Source of the DNA: a virus
Taxonomy: Duplodnaviria > Caudoviricetes
Length of the DNA stretch: 64,000 nucleotides
Virus record (IMG/VR): IMGVR_UViG_3300029288_000067
Location: 160,067-224,066 of that record
Strand: one strand, 5' to 3'
Made by a program: the position numbers and the translations under genes. Below the pieces are notes generated by a model. It did not search any database. It saw nothing but the letters and a program-made list of their open reading frames with translations, and was not told the DNA's origin. Positions 21,647 through 31,802 of the stretch are shown here, one piece after another. How positions within the stretch are numbered: the stretch's first letter is position 1; every line of letters starts with the position of its first letter.

Positions 21647-21697
21647 TTGACCTTTCTGGTTGTGCCAGAAGGACAAGTTAAAGTTTAGGAGTTTTGT

Positions 21698-22678
21698 ATG
21701 GGTACAGTTCAAGGTTACAGTGATGTTATCTCCCGGGGTAATTTGGCAACAAATGGTACTTTTCAGATCAACCAAAGAGGAACTTTCTCTAGTTGGACTG
21801 CTGCAAAATCACAAGATTATATCTCAGATGCTTGGTATTTCAGTTCGATTGGGGTTGATTTTCTCGAAGCTTACAATGTAGTTGGAAGCACCACAGGGGG
21901 ATTTATCCAACTTCGTGGTAGAGGCAAAAAAGGACAAGTCATTGGTATTTCTAGTAAGGATACTTCTGGTTTTGGTGGGATGGATTTAACTGCTAATGGG
22001 TGGGTAAATAATAGAGCCCCAATCACAGCTTCAGCATGGATTCTTGCAGATGTTTCTTCCGTCCCTGTTCAAATGTCTGTTCAACCTCGCTATTTGTCAA
22101 CTAATTTTGCAGGTATTCATGCATACTATGCAAAAGTTAACAAAAATAAGCAAGTTGACCGGGCAGTATCTGCATTTGCCACACAACTTCGTGGTGGCTT
22201 CAACTACGCTGCCGTTATATATGTTACTCTTCTTGCAGACGGAGATTTTAATGTAATTGTTTCTGGTTTTCAGGAACTTATTGGTTCTTATAAGAACCCT
22301 CCTCAAGAAGCACCCGTTCACTACTCCGAAGATCTTGCCCGGTGCAAGAGATATTACCAAACTGCCAGTTGTTATGAGCATATTAGAGCAATGCAATATG
22401 TTGCAGATCGTGCTTATTTTACAATAACTAAACCCCTTCCTGTAGAAATGGCTGGAACGCCTTCAACATCTCTTATTGTTTCCAATGTTGCAGCATATGA
22501 TGGTCTTGGCAGTTCAACATCCCTTATTTCTTCCGTAAATACGGGGACTATGTATGTTGTTGCTTCTGCGACAAGTACAACGGCCACTTTCAATGTTGAT
22601 TGGAACCAAGCTACTTACGGAGCGCAGATGTATAACTATGGACTTTATCTCAATCTCGCTTCCAAAATGACAGTATAA
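21698..22678 (+). CDS. tail-fibre-associated protein
   Basis: NLATNGTFQINQRG and EDLARCKRYY motifs common in phage tail proteins. Confidence 0.75.
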   Translation: MGTVQGYSDVISRGNLATNGTFQINQRGTFSSWTAAKSQDYISDAWYFSSIGVDFLEAYNVVGSTTGGFIQLRGRGKKGQVIGISSKDTSGFGGMDLTANGWVNNRAPITASAWILADVSSVPVQMSVQPRYLSTNFAGIHAYYAKVNKNKQVDRAVSAFATQLRGGFNYAAVIYVTLLADGDFNVIVSGFQELIGSYKNPPQEAPVHYSEDLARCKRYYQTASCYEHIRAMQYVADRAYFTITKPLPVEMAGTPSTSLIVSNVAAYDGLGSSTSLISSVNTGTMYVVASATSTTATFNVDWNQATYGAQMYNYGLYLNLASKMTV

Positions 22679-22692
22679 GGAGCAAATAACAA

Positions 22693-23328
22693 ATGCCAAA
22701 TCTTTCACAAATTATTTTCAATGGTATCACCGTTCTACCTATGCGCCCGGAATATTCTGCTCTTTCTTTCAGTTCCGCAGACGTTCCACACGGCACTGAC
22801 TCTGTGTATTATAAAGCTGCAAAGATTCTGATTCAGGAACATCAACAGAATATTCCTCTTCCTGTTTTTACAGCAGAAGAAATTGCAGATAAGAAAACCG
22901 CTAAGGTTGCTGCTCTTTCCCTGTTTGTTGTTCTTGATGGAGAAGGTAATCCTACTGGAAAAACAGAATTGAAGTTGGGTTCTGAAGTTGTTGCTTCTTA
23001 CACTCAAGCTCAATTCACTTCCGAAATCAAAGAACTTCGCAGAATCTATTTGGTTGATGGAATGCCCGGGATGCAGCAGGAAGTAAAAGCCCCTGTTGAC
23101 GCACAGGGCAACATCGTTCCTGAATTTGATAATTTTGGACAAGAAATTGTTCGAAATTGGAAATTCGCGGATGATGCCGCTGCTTATGCTTCTATTCTTG
23201 AAGGGCAGAAAGTAACAACAGCTTCTTTCCTTGTAGACAAAGCGATTGAACAGTGTCTTGAAGTTCCTACACTCTCTGCAGAATTCAAGGCTCTTTTCAC
23301 TCTCGCGGAAGTTCCTGAAATGCAATAA
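22693..23328 (+). CDS. hypothetical structural/chaperone protein
   Basis: 211 aa, strong AAGGAG RBS. Confidence 0.7.
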   Translation: MPNLSQIIFNGITVLPMRPEYSALSFSSADVPHGTDSVYYKAAKILIQEHQQNIPLPVFTAEEIADKKTAKVAALSLFVVLDGEGNPTGKTELKLGSEVVASYTQAQFTSEIKELRRIYLVDGMPGMQQEVKAPVDAQGNIVPEFDNFGQEIVRNWKFADDAAAYASILEGQKVTTASFLVDKAIEQCLEVPTLSAEFKALFTLAEVPEMQ

Positions 23329-23334
23329 GATTGT

Positions 23335-23365
23335 GCCCCCTCCTGCTGTAAAAGGTAGGAGGGGC
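23335..23365 (+). terminator. intrinsic terminator
   Basis: CCCCTCCTGC/GTAGGAGGGG hairpin followed by TTGTATTTT. Confidence 0.6.
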
Positions 23366-23390
23366 TTGTATTTTAAAATAGGAGAAGTAT

Positions 23391-23870
23391 ATGGATGAAG
23401 TAGCAACAATGACCCAGATATTGCCAGAAATGGCAAATATGTCTTTTTGGATTTTGACAAAGATGTGGATATTCTCAAATTTTGGGACATTTTTAAGTAT
23501 GATTGTTTTTTCAATTCTTGTCCCAATTTTTTCCCCAATTGTTGTGTATTTAACTATGTGGGTAAAGTCATCTTTTGATCAGAAAGTATTCAATACGGCA
23601 CTTTCGAATACAAAAGAATTGGTGAAATTAACTGTTGCGGAATCCAATCAGAAGTTCATCACAAAATATCCTGGGGCAAATAATGTTCCTCAAGACGTAA
23701 AAGAAAAAGCATTTAAAACCGCTTTTGATAAGATTATGGTTTTTATGCCTTCTTTGGACAAGCAAGTTATTTTGGCGAGACACAGTGATTTGAATTCGTT
23801 CATCACTTCCTTGATTGAAGCAGAGGTTTTATTGCAAGCCCAATTTACGGATTTCGATAAAGTTTCTTAA
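23391..23870 (+). CDS. putative holin-like membrane protein
   Basis: N-terminal TM segments; C-terminal ITSLIEAEV reminiscent of LL-H-type holins. Confidence 0.5.
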   Translation: MDEVATMTQILPEMANMSFWILTKMWIFSNFGTFLSMIVFSILVPIFSPIVVYLTMWVKSSFDQKVFNTALSNTKELVKLTVAESNQKFITKYPGANNVPQDVKEKAFKTAFDKIMVFMPSLDKQVILARHSDLNSFITSLIEAEVLLQAQFTDFDKVS

Positions 23871-23877
23871 TAACGGC

Positions 23878-23917
23878 ATAAAACCACCGAGATAAACAAT
23901 ATTCTCGGTGGTTTTAT
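23878..23917. terminator. bidirectional terminator-like hairpin
   Basis: ATAAAACCACCGAGA/TCTCGGTGGTTTTAT. Confidence 0.6.
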
Positions 23918-23962
23918 CTTCCTATTAATTCTCTCTTTTTGTAGAAAGGGAGAATTTTCAAA

Positions 23963-24448
23963 ATGTCTATTTTCAAGAATTTAACGCAGTTGGCAGAAGC
24001 ACTAGAGATAAATCCACAGGATTTGTTTATGATTGTGCAATCTGCAACAAACCTTTCGAAGAAAATAACATTTGAAACAATTTCACAGGCATTGACGATT
24101 GATGTTACTTCCACGGATGTAGATAATTTATCCACAGTTTCTGGGGCAACTGTAACAGAGGCTTTGAATAATATTCAAGCAGGAATCACAATGCCTGCAG
24201 AAATGGTGGATATTCAACATCGATTTTCTGAATTTTCCGCATACACAATCAATAGAGACCCAGATGGTTTTGTTGGTTCTATTGTTGCTCCATTATTCGG
24301 GGGAGTTGATAAAACATGGTCTTTTACGAGAGACATTAATGGAATGGTTCAGACAATTAATATTCACAAATCGGATAACTCTTACGACAAGACATATACA
24401 TTTAATAGGACCACTGATGGTTTTGTTACAAGTGTTGTTATTTCCTAA
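23963..24448 (+). CDS. virion structural protein (putative)
   Basis: C-terminal repeats (T/F)xRxxDGxV. Confidence 0.65.
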   Translation: MSIFKNLTQLAEALEINPQDLFMIVQSATNLSKKITFETISQALTIDVTSTDVDNLSTVSGATVTEALNNIQAGITMPAEMVDIQHRFSEFSAYTINRDPDGFVGSIVAPLFGGVDKTWSFTRDINGMVQTINIHKSDNSYDKTYTFNRTTDGFVTSVVIS

Positions 24449-24472
24449 TTATTTTACGAGGAAAAAGAAAAA

Positions 24473-24847
24473 ATGTGGAATATTAACTTAGAGCCAACAA
24501 TCGGGAAGAAGATGGTTGGATCTTCCCGGGGAAGTGTTACGAATGTGGATACTTCTGGGGCGGTTGTTTTACTTCCAATCACAAAATTGGCAGAAATATC
24601 TCAAATGGCAATAAAACATTTGGGGGGTGGTTCTTTTTCTATTGAGATTTATGATAATTCCATTTTATCCAACAATGTTTTTAAAGCGGAGTCCGATGCT
24701 TTGGGGGATAGATGGGATCTTTCTAAAATGCAATTTAGATATGAGAATATGGATACTCCTAAACAAAATTTTATTTATATAAAAGTGATTCCAACATCGG
24801 GAAGTGGTCATGAGTTCTTAGTTTCTTTTTTTTACGATAAACTTTAA
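24473..24847 (+). CDS. small beta-rich structural protein
   Basis: Similar to the C-terminal domain of the next gene. Confidence 0.65.
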   Translation: MWNINLEPTIGKKMVGSSRGSVTNVDTSGAVVLLPITKLAEISQMAIKHLGGGSFSIEIYDNSILSNNVFKAESDALGDRWDLSKMQFRYENMDTPKQNFIYIKVIPTSGSGHEFLVSFFYDKL

Positions 24848-24860
24848 TTAGGAGTATAGT

Positions 24861-27080
24861 ATGGCAGCTAAACTTATTTTTCCTTTGTCTGCGGAGATTA
24901 TGGATTCTCGCAGAATTCTCGGGGATGCTGAGAATTTACACGGTAAGGTAGATTCTGTAAAATTAAAAACAGATAACCTCCCAGCAGATACCGCGTCAAC
25001 CCTCTCAACTCTTTCTTCTGACCTAGCAACAGTAGATACGGTCGTAGATGCGATTAAGGTTAAAACAGATAACCTCCCAGCAAATACGGCAACAACTCTT
25101 TCTGGAATTGAAACAAAGATTGACACAGTAGATACAGTTGTTGATGCAATTAAGGTTAAAACTGATAACCTTCCAGTTGACACTGCAACTGTTCTTTCCA
25201 CAATTGATACTGTTGTAGATGCGATTAAGGTTAAGACCGATAACCTACCGGCAGATACGGCAACAACTCTTTCCGGTATTGAAACAAAGATCGACACAGT
25301 AGATACCGTTGTAGATGCAATCAAGGTTAAAACAGACAACCTGCCTGCAAATACGGCAACAACTCTTTCCGGTATTGAGACAAAGATTGACACGGTAGAC
25401 ACTGTTGTTGATGGCATTGCAACCGATGTAAATGCAATTGAAACAGATGTAAACACTATTGATTCTAATGTGGGTGTTCCTGCTGCTCTCGGTGGTGGAA
25501 CTGCAACAGTTTCTGGAATGTTGGCCTCTATTGCAGGATCTGGTTTTACTGCCTCTGACAGCTTGAAAGATGTAAAAGCTGCTGTTATGTCGATCCATAA
25601 CAACACAAGCTTTACTGCTTCTGTTGTTCCTATTATGGAAAAACCGGAAACCGGAAGCAATGATTACCAAGCTCTTGTTAACGTATATGATGGCGACGGA
25701 CATTTGATTGATGCAGATTTGCAAACAGGTCTTGTAAAAGTTCTCAATTCTGCTGGAACTTCTCGAAACGATAAATTGTTCAATGATGCGGCACAAACCG
25801 GTGCTGCAACTAAGTTGTCTATCCACACAATCACGGCTCCTTCTACGGCTCCTACTGCGGGGGCAACCTATGAAGACTCCAATAACACCGTTCTTACTGT
25901 TATTGGAATGATTGGTACGACAAAACTTATCGCTTCTTGGACCGGGGTAACAGAGCCTGTTACTGGAACTCTTACGAAGTTGACTGGAACGGGTGATGCA
26001 ACTCTCACCTCTTCCGCTGTTGATAATTCTTATGTAAGAATGCATCGTGAAGGAACAGGTCAATACCACACGTTCTACAACGTTCTTTCTACGGATACAA
26101 AAGAATCTCTTGCTTTCCGTTTTGCATATTTTGAAACAGGTTTATTCCATGCCTACGACAGAGCATCTGCAATTCAGGATTATGAAGCAACAGCCACAAT
26201 TTCCGGAGAAGTGTGGGATGTTCTTACTACCGCCCACACAACAGCAGGATCTTATGGTTTGTTGGTTTCTGGAATGGCGGGAACAGGTTTTGTTGCTTCA
26301 ACAGATTCTCTCCATGCTTTAAAGGGTCGCTTGGATACAATCGATACAACTCTTTCTACGATTTCTGGAAAAGTTGATACGGTTGATACCATTGTAGACG
26401 CAATCAAGGTTAAAACAGATAACCTCCCTGCGGATACTGCGGCTGCATTGACGAGTATTGAAGGTAAGGTTGATGTTGTTGATACAAACGTTGATGCAAT
26501 TAAAGCCAAAACCGATAATCTTCCTGCAAATACTTCTACAACCCTTTCTGGTATTGAAACAAAAGTTGATACTGTGGATACGGTTGTGGATGCAATTAAG
26601 GTTAAGACAGACAACTTACCTGCAAACACTTCAACTGTTCTTGGAACCCCTGCAAACGGTTCTTTGGCAGCAGATATTGCTGATGTTAAATCAACAATTC
26701 AATCTCAGCCTTCTTATCCGACAACTTTTGAAGGAACAAAAGCCACTGCATCTCTTGCTCAATCTGCAAGTGAAACATTGGAATTTTCAACTGCTGAAGG
26801 CATGATCACAAACAATGCTCAAATGTCTCAGTTGAAGATTTCTGTTACGGGAGCATCGTCCAACTTTAAGGTTGAAATCTTTGAAAAAACCGGTGGAGCC
26901 AATAAGATTTACGAAGTACAACAAGGGGACTTCAACGGTTTAAACTTGGATCTCAATGGGCAGATTTTCCGCAACAAAGATAATACACCGATCAATAAAG
27001 TGTATATCAAGATCACAAATGTTGCAGATGCTGGTAACTCTACATTCTCTACGGAATTCCGTGGTATTGTAAACGCTTAA
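24861..27080 (+). CDS. fibrous coiled-coil virion protein with tandem repeats
   Basis: About 8 copies of DTVVDAIKVKTDNLPA in two blocks. Confidence 0.8.
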   Translation: MAAKLIFPLSAEIMDSRRILGDAENLHGKVDSVKLKTDNLPADTASTLSTLSSDLATVDTVVDAIKVKTDNLPANTATTLSGIETKIDTVDTVVDAIKVKTDNLPVDTATVLSTIDTVVDAIKVKTDNLPADTATTLSGIETKIDTVDTVVDAIKVKTDNLPANTATTLSGIETKIDTVDTVVDGIATDVNAIETDVNTIDSNVGVPAALGGGTATVSGMLASIAGSGFTASDSLKDVKAAVMSIHNNTSFTASVVPIMEKPETGSNDYQALVNVYDGDGHLIDADLQTGLVKVLNSAGTSRNDKLFNDAAQTGAATKLSIHTITAPSTAPTAGATYEDSNNTVLTVIGMIGTTKLIASWTGVTEPVTGTLTKLTGTGDATLTSSAVDNSYVRMHREGTGQYHTFYNVLSTDTKESLAFRFAYFETGLFHAYDRASAIQDYEATATISGEVWDVLTTAHTTAGSYGLLVSGMAGTGFVASTDSLHALKGRLDTIDTTLSTISGKVDTVDTIVDAIKVKTDNLPADTAAALTSIEGKVDVVDTNVDAIKAKTDNLPANTSTTLSGIETKVDTVDTVVDAIKVKTDNLPANTSTVLGTPANGSLAADIADVKSTIQSQPSYPTTFEGTKATASLAQSASETLEFSTAEGMITNNAQMSQLKISVTGASSNFKVEIFEKTGGANKIYEVQQGDFNGLNLDLNGQIFRNKDNTPINKVYIKITNVADAGNSTFSTEFRGIVNA

Positions 27081-27088
27081 TCGTTCTC

Positions 27089-27120
27089 AGCCCGGGGATA
27101 TTATTTGATATCCCCGGGCT
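27089..27120 (+). terminator. intrinsic terminator
   Basis: AGCCCGGGGATAT/ATATCCCCGGGCT followed by ATTTT. Confidence 0.65.
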
Positions 27121-27149
27121 ATTTTCAATATTCATAGGGGATTGTTGAT

Positions 27150-27869
27150 ATGCCGAAAGTTTTTGGACCCTCACAACCATTAAATACTTATTCTGGGGTT
27201 ATTGGTGATGTTTCAGCATATATTTCAGTTCCCCCAATTTTGCACCAAGATACAACTGGAAATGCGGCAAATGTTACGGGAATTGTTGGAGTTGAACATG
27301 GTGGAACAGGTGTAACAACAAAAACAGGCACAGGGAATGTTGTTTTAAGTGATTCTCCTGTTTTAGTTGCTCCAGCAATAGGAACCCCTGTTTCAGGAGA
27401 TTTACAAAATTGTTCCTTTCCCACATTAAATCAAAACACTACAGGAACAGCAGCAAATGTTACGGGAACAGTTCAACTCGACCACGGGGGAACCGGGGCA
27501 ACAACAGCCGCTGCCGCAAGAACAAATTTATCTCTCAATTTTTATTCTTTTGGGGGGTGTTTTATTGGAACTCCCGCAGTAAGTTCCACAATTTTTCTTT
27601 TTGTTTCGGATAATAGTTTTACTCTCCCAACAAATCTTTCGGGGTCTTATTTCAAATGCGGAGGAAATCCTTCCTCGACAACAGTATTGAATATTTATTT
27701 AAATAATTCTCTGATTGGAACTGGAACAATTAGTTTTTCTACCGGGGGAGTTGCCACAATTACAACAACACAACAATCAATTGTTCCTGGGGATGTTATT
27801 AAGATCACGACTCCCGCCAACGTGTATGGAATTTCTAACTTAGTATGGACTATTAAAGGAACGTATTAA
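27150..27869 (+). CDS. tail fibre protein
   Basis: HGGTGATTAAAARTNL repeats typical of fibres. Confidence 0.75.
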   Translation: MPKVFGPSQPLNTYSGVIGDVSAYISVPPILHQDTTGNAANVTGIVGVEHGGTGVTTKTGTGNVVLSDSPVLVAPAIGTPVSGDLQNCSFPTLNQNTTGTAANVTGTVQLDHGGTGATTAAAARTNLSLNFYSFGGCFIGTPAVSSTIFLFVSDNSFTLPTNLSGSYFKCGGNPSSTTVLNIYLNNSLIGTGTISFSTGGVATITTTQQSIVPGDVIKITTPANVYGISNLVWTIKGTY

Positions 27870-27871
27870 GA

Positions 27872-30652
27872 ATGCCTGTTATTTCTTCTTCCAATAACAA
27901 ATCGATCCTCACAATTACACCTGATAGGGGTTCGATAGCGGGGGGAACTGAAGTTATTATTAAAAATAACCTTGGTGCAGATGCTTTTTGTTCCGGAGGA
28001 GATATTGTACAAACAAATACCCATATTATTCACACTTTTAAAACAAGTGGGACTTTTGTTGTTCCTTCTGATAGAACTGTTGAAGTTTTGGTAGTTGCAG
28101 GAGGAGGTGGGGGAGGGGGAACTATTGGAGGAGGTGGCGGGGGAGGGGGAGTAAGATACAGTTCCTCTTTCGTGGTTGCCGCAGGTTCTTATACCATTAC
28201 TGTTGGAAATGGTGGAACAGGGTATGTTGGTTCTGCTTATCAAACCGGTGGGGGAACACAAGGACAAAATTCCATTTTCTCAACTCTCACAGCAATTGGT
28301 GGAGGAGGGGGCGGAAATTATAATGACACTTCCAATGGAGCTACCACAGGAGGTTGTGGTGGTGGAATAGGTGCAGGTAGTTCTGCTTCTGCAATGGCGG
28401 GAACAGCAGGGCAAGGAAGTGCTGGGGGAATTTCTTCGGCAAACACCAACAATGGTGGTGGGGGTGGTGGAGGTGCAACCGTTGGGAATAATGGAGTAAG
28501 CACAGTTTCTGGGGTTGGAGGAGTTGGAGCCCTTATTTCGATCTCTGGAAAAACAGAATATTTTAGTGGTGGTGGTGGGGGTGGTGCTAGAAACGGTGTT
28601 GGAGTTTGGGGGGCAAATGGGGGAGTTGGTGGAGGAGGTAATGGGGGATATTCCGGGGGAAATGGAAGCCCCGGGGTAACAAATACCGGTGGTGGTGGGG
28701 GTGGGGGTGGTTATTTAAACTCCCCTGTTACATATGGTTCTGGGGGAAATGGGGGTTCCGGGATTGTTATTATCAAATACCCCATGTCTAATAAATGCTT
28801 TCAAGCACATAGCACCGGATATGGACAAACAATTGGAAATGGGGGAACAATCACTTTCACTTCCACGCATACCATTCACACTTTTACATCAGGTGGGTTT
28901 TTTTCGGTCCCAACAGAAAGAAATGTTGAAATATTTGCTTGGGGTGCTGGGGGAGCCGGAGGGCAAACTGCTGCTTGGTCTAGTGGTTCTTTGGGGGGAG
29001 CAGGGGGTGCTGCAAAAGGAACTTTGAAAGCACAACCGGGGGCTTTGTATAAAATAACTGTTGGAGGAGCGGGGCAAAAAGCTTCCACAGTTTGGACCAT
29101 TGGGGGAGGTGCTCCTTCTTCCAACAATGGTTCTGACAATAATTATTGTGGTGGTGGTGGTGGGTATTCCGCTGTATTTTTAAATTCCGAAATACAAGCA
29201 AACACAATTATTCTTGCTGCGGGTGGAGGTGGAGGCGGAAACTACGCTGCCACAGGTACAGGAAATGGTGGAGGAGCCGGGGGTGGTGCAACTGGGCAAA
29301 ATGGATACAGCATTTATGTTTCCTCCGCATATGGTGGAAAGGGTGGAACTCAAACCGCTGCTGGTGCAAATGCTTCTTACACTTATGCAGCAGGAACGGG
29401 TGGTTTGCAAGATGCTTTGAAGGGTGGAGTAACTTTTTCTGGTTCTTATGGAGGAGGTGGAGGTGGGGGATATTGGGGAGGTTCAGCCGGAGGATATTAT
29501 TACACATCTCCATATGAAATGGGTGGGGGAGCCGGTGGTTCCAGTTACGTAAATTCTTCCTATATTTATTCAGGAACATTAACAGGCGGCACTGCAAACA
29601 CTCCTGGGGATTCAACAAACACTCTTCGAGGAACTGCAGGAAACGGTGGGGCAATTAATGGAAATGGAAATCCCGGAATTGTTATCATTCGTTATCCCAC
29701 TTTGATTGGGTACGGTGGGGATGTCACTTTCACAAACACTCACGTTGTTCACACTTTTAAATCTTCTGGATCTTTCACTGTTCCTTCTGCAAGAAATGTA
29801 GAAGTTTTGGTGGTTGCGGGAGGGGGCGGAGGTGGTGGATCTCCTATCGCCGGGGGAGGAGGAGCGGGAGGTCTTGTATACAATCCTTCCTTTGCTGTTT
29901 CTGGAACCGTAACTGTAACGGTCGGGGCAGGGGGTCTGGGGGGAACCGGAATGATGGTTTCTCCGTGGACAAATGAAATTGGTGGGCGAGGGGGAGATTC
30001 GGTATTTTCCACAATCACCGCAAATGGTGGAGGTGGGGGTGGAACGTACAATGCAAAAGCCGCTGCAAACGGGGGGTCTGGTGGTGGTGCTGGATATGCC
30101 GGAGCAATTGGATACGAAACGTCTCAACCTACCGGATATGGAAATAACGGAGGAACAAGTAGCCTTTCTGCTAATTATGGATGTGGTGGTGGGGGTGGTG
30201 CGGGTTCTGTTGGTGGAAATGGGGGTACAACCTTCGGAGGAAAAGGTGGAGATGGAAAATTATTCTGGGATGTTTATTATGCCGGTGGTGGGGGCGGTTC
30301 TATTACTTTCACAGGAACTCCCGGAGCAGGAGGAATTGGGGGAGGGGGAGCGGGATCTTTAGGGGACGGTGTTTCTGCAACACCAAATACCGGAGGTGGT
30401 GGTGGCGGGGCCGAACGAAATGGACCTACAGGTTCCGGTGGAGCGGGGGGTTCCGGGATTGTGATTGTTCGATATCCAATTGAGAACACCCCGGTTACCT
30501 TCGGAGGAACTTCTGCAACAAAATCCTCCGCTCTCGATTTGAATGCGGTTATTGCAACAACTCCTGCAAAAACCGCAGGAACTGTTGATGTGGTAGTAAC
30601 AAATGCAGATGGTACAACAATAACTGCAACGAATGGATTTACTTATGAGTAA
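27872..30652 (+). CDS. glycine-rich fibre/adhesin with IPT/TIG domain
   Basis: Three HTFxSxGxF...VEVLVVAGGGGGG...GIVI(I/V)xYP-type modules; IPT-like termini. Confidence 0.8.
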   Translation: MPVISSSNNKSILTITPDRGSIAGGTEVIIKNNLGADAFCSGGDIVQTNTHIIHTFKTSGTFVVPSDRTVEVLVVAGGGGGGGTIGGGGGGGGVRYSSSFVVAAGSYTITVGNGGTGYVGSAYQTGGGTQGQNSIFSTLTAIGGGGGGNYNDTSNGATTGGCGGGIGAGSSASAMAGTAGQGSAGGISSANTNNGGGGGGGATVGNNGVSTVSGVGGVGALISISGKTEYFSGGGGGGARNGVGVWGANGGVGGGGNGGYSGGNGSPGVTNTGGGGGGGGYLNSPVTYGSGGNGGSGIVIIKYPMSNKCFQAHSTGYGQTIGNGGTITFTSTHTIHTFTSGGFFSVPTERNVEIFAWGAGGAGGQTAAWSSGSLGGAGGAAKGTLKAQPGALYKITVGGAGQKASTVWTIGGGAPSSNNGSDNNYCGGGGGYSAVFLNSEIQANTIILAAGGGGGGNYAATGTGNGGGAGGGATGQNGYSIYVSSAYGGKGGTQTAAGANASYTYAAGTGGLQDALKGGVTFSGSYGGGGGGGYWGGSAGGYYYTSPYEMGGGAGGSSYVNSSYIYSGTLTGGTANTPGDSTNTLRGTAGNGGAINGNGNPGIVIIRYPTLIGYGGDVTFTNTHVVHTFKSSGSFTVPSARNVEVLVVAGGGGGGGSPIAGGGGAGGLVYNPSFAVSGTVTVTVGAGGLGGTGMMVSPWTNEIGGRGGDSVFSTITANGGGGGGTYNAKAAANGGSGGGAGYAGAIGYETSQPTGYGNNGGTSSLSANYGCGGGGGAGSVGGNGGTTFGGKGGDGKLFWDVYYAGGGGGSITFTGTPGAGGIGGGGAGSLGDGVSATPNTGGGGGGAERNGPTGSGGAGGSGIVIVRYPIENTPVTFGGTSATKSSALDLNAVIATTPAKTAGTVDVVVTNADGTTITATNGFTYE

Positions 30653-31010
30653 TAATGTTCCAACTTTGAATGAAGAAGCAAGAATTGGTGAAGATTATCG
30701 ATTATCCTTTAAATTTTTGAATCCTAATGGAACCCCAGCGGTTTTGTCCGGATCATCAATACAATCAATTTTTCGATACCAGGATTCTTCCGGGGATACA
30801 GAAGCATTTCCTTTAACAACAGTAATTAATTTTACAACGGGGGAAATTCAACTATCTCTTCCACATACAACCACAGTAAATATGCGGGAAGCTGTGGGAG
30901 AATATGATGTTGTTTTAATTGATTCTCTTGGAATAAAAGAAGTCATTTTGCATGTGACTTTGAGTATGCAATGGTCGGTTACCTTATCTCCAGTGCCAAC
31001 ACCTGTATAA
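30645..31010 (+). CDS. Ig-like structural protein (BppU-like)
   Basis: GEIQLSLPHTTT...GEYDVVL. Confidence 0.6.
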   Translation: MSNNVPTLNEEARIGEDYRLSFKFLNPNGTPAVLSGSSIQSIFRYQDSSGDTEAFPLTTVINFTTGEIQLSLPHTTTVNMREAVGEYDVVLIDSLGIKEVILHVTLSMQWSVTLSPVPTPV

Positions 31011-31013
31011 ATA

Positions 31014-31505
31014 ATGGATAAAAATTTTATTTTAAAAATAGACAATAATTCCACAAGGGTTATTGTCCTCGATTGTGGAAAAAAATTGGAGGTAAAGCAA
31101 AACAAATATGTTTTGGCTTTTCTTCAAGCTCAAGGATTGCCTGGACCTTCTTCAGATTTAATAACAGGTATTGCGGGGGAAAACATTGAGACCGGAAAAG
31201 TGGTTTATTATCGGGATGGTTTTTTCTATAATGCCTCTTTTGATGACCCTTATTTGAAAACTGCCTCGGCATTGTTTTTTGCTTTTTCAAACAATTCTGC
31301 ACTATTGGGGGCACAAATACAGCTTAAGTTGTATGGTTTTGTAAATGTGGCTTCAGTAGTAACTCCCAATACATTTTATTACTTAGGTAGTAATGGGGAC
31401 ATTGTTGGTATTGCTCCTACTTCTGGGATTATTTTACTTGTTGGGCAAGCAACAACATCAAGTTTTTTAATTTCTTTTGGGAATCCGATTATTTTGCGAG
31501 AATAA
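31014..31505 (+). CDS. structural protein (putative)
   Basis: AGENIETGKVVY...YYLGSNG...VGQA pattern seen in fibre/decoration proteins. Confidence 0.6.
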   Translation: MDKNFILKIDNNSTRVIVLDCGKKLEVKQNKYVLAFLQAQGLPGPSSDLITGIAGENIETGKVVYYRDGFFYNASFDDPYLKTASALFFAFSNNSALLGAQIQLKLYGFVNVASVVTPNTFYYLGSNGDIVGIAPTSGIILLVGQATTSSFLISFGNPIILRE

Positions 31506-31514
31506 AGTTGAAAA

Positions 31515-31790
31515 ATGGCTATTCGAATTCCTCTTGTTCAAATAAATGGAAGATTGTCGGAATTGCCTTCAACCGACAAAATTCCAAATGAAACGGTTGC
31601 AACTTTTGAGCACGAACAATTAACCCCACAAGATGTATGGACAATTGAGCATAAAATGAAAAAGTACCCTTCAGTCACAATTGTATTACCAGATGGGACT
31701 GAGGTATCTGGGATGAAAGTATATGCAGATGAAAACACAGTAGTTTTGTCATTTTCCAAGCCTATTGTTGGAAGAGCATTTTTAAATTAA
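31515..31790 (+). CDS. small tail-fibre-associated protein
   Basis: WTIEHKMKKYPSVTIV...GRAFLN motif. Confidence 0.7.
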   Translation: MAIRIPLVQINGRLSELPSTDKIPNETVATFEHEQLTPQDVWTIEHKMKKYPSVTIVLPDGTEVSGMKVYADENTVVLSFSKPIVGRAFLN

Positions 31791-31802
31791 TGTAGGGAGT
31801 TC

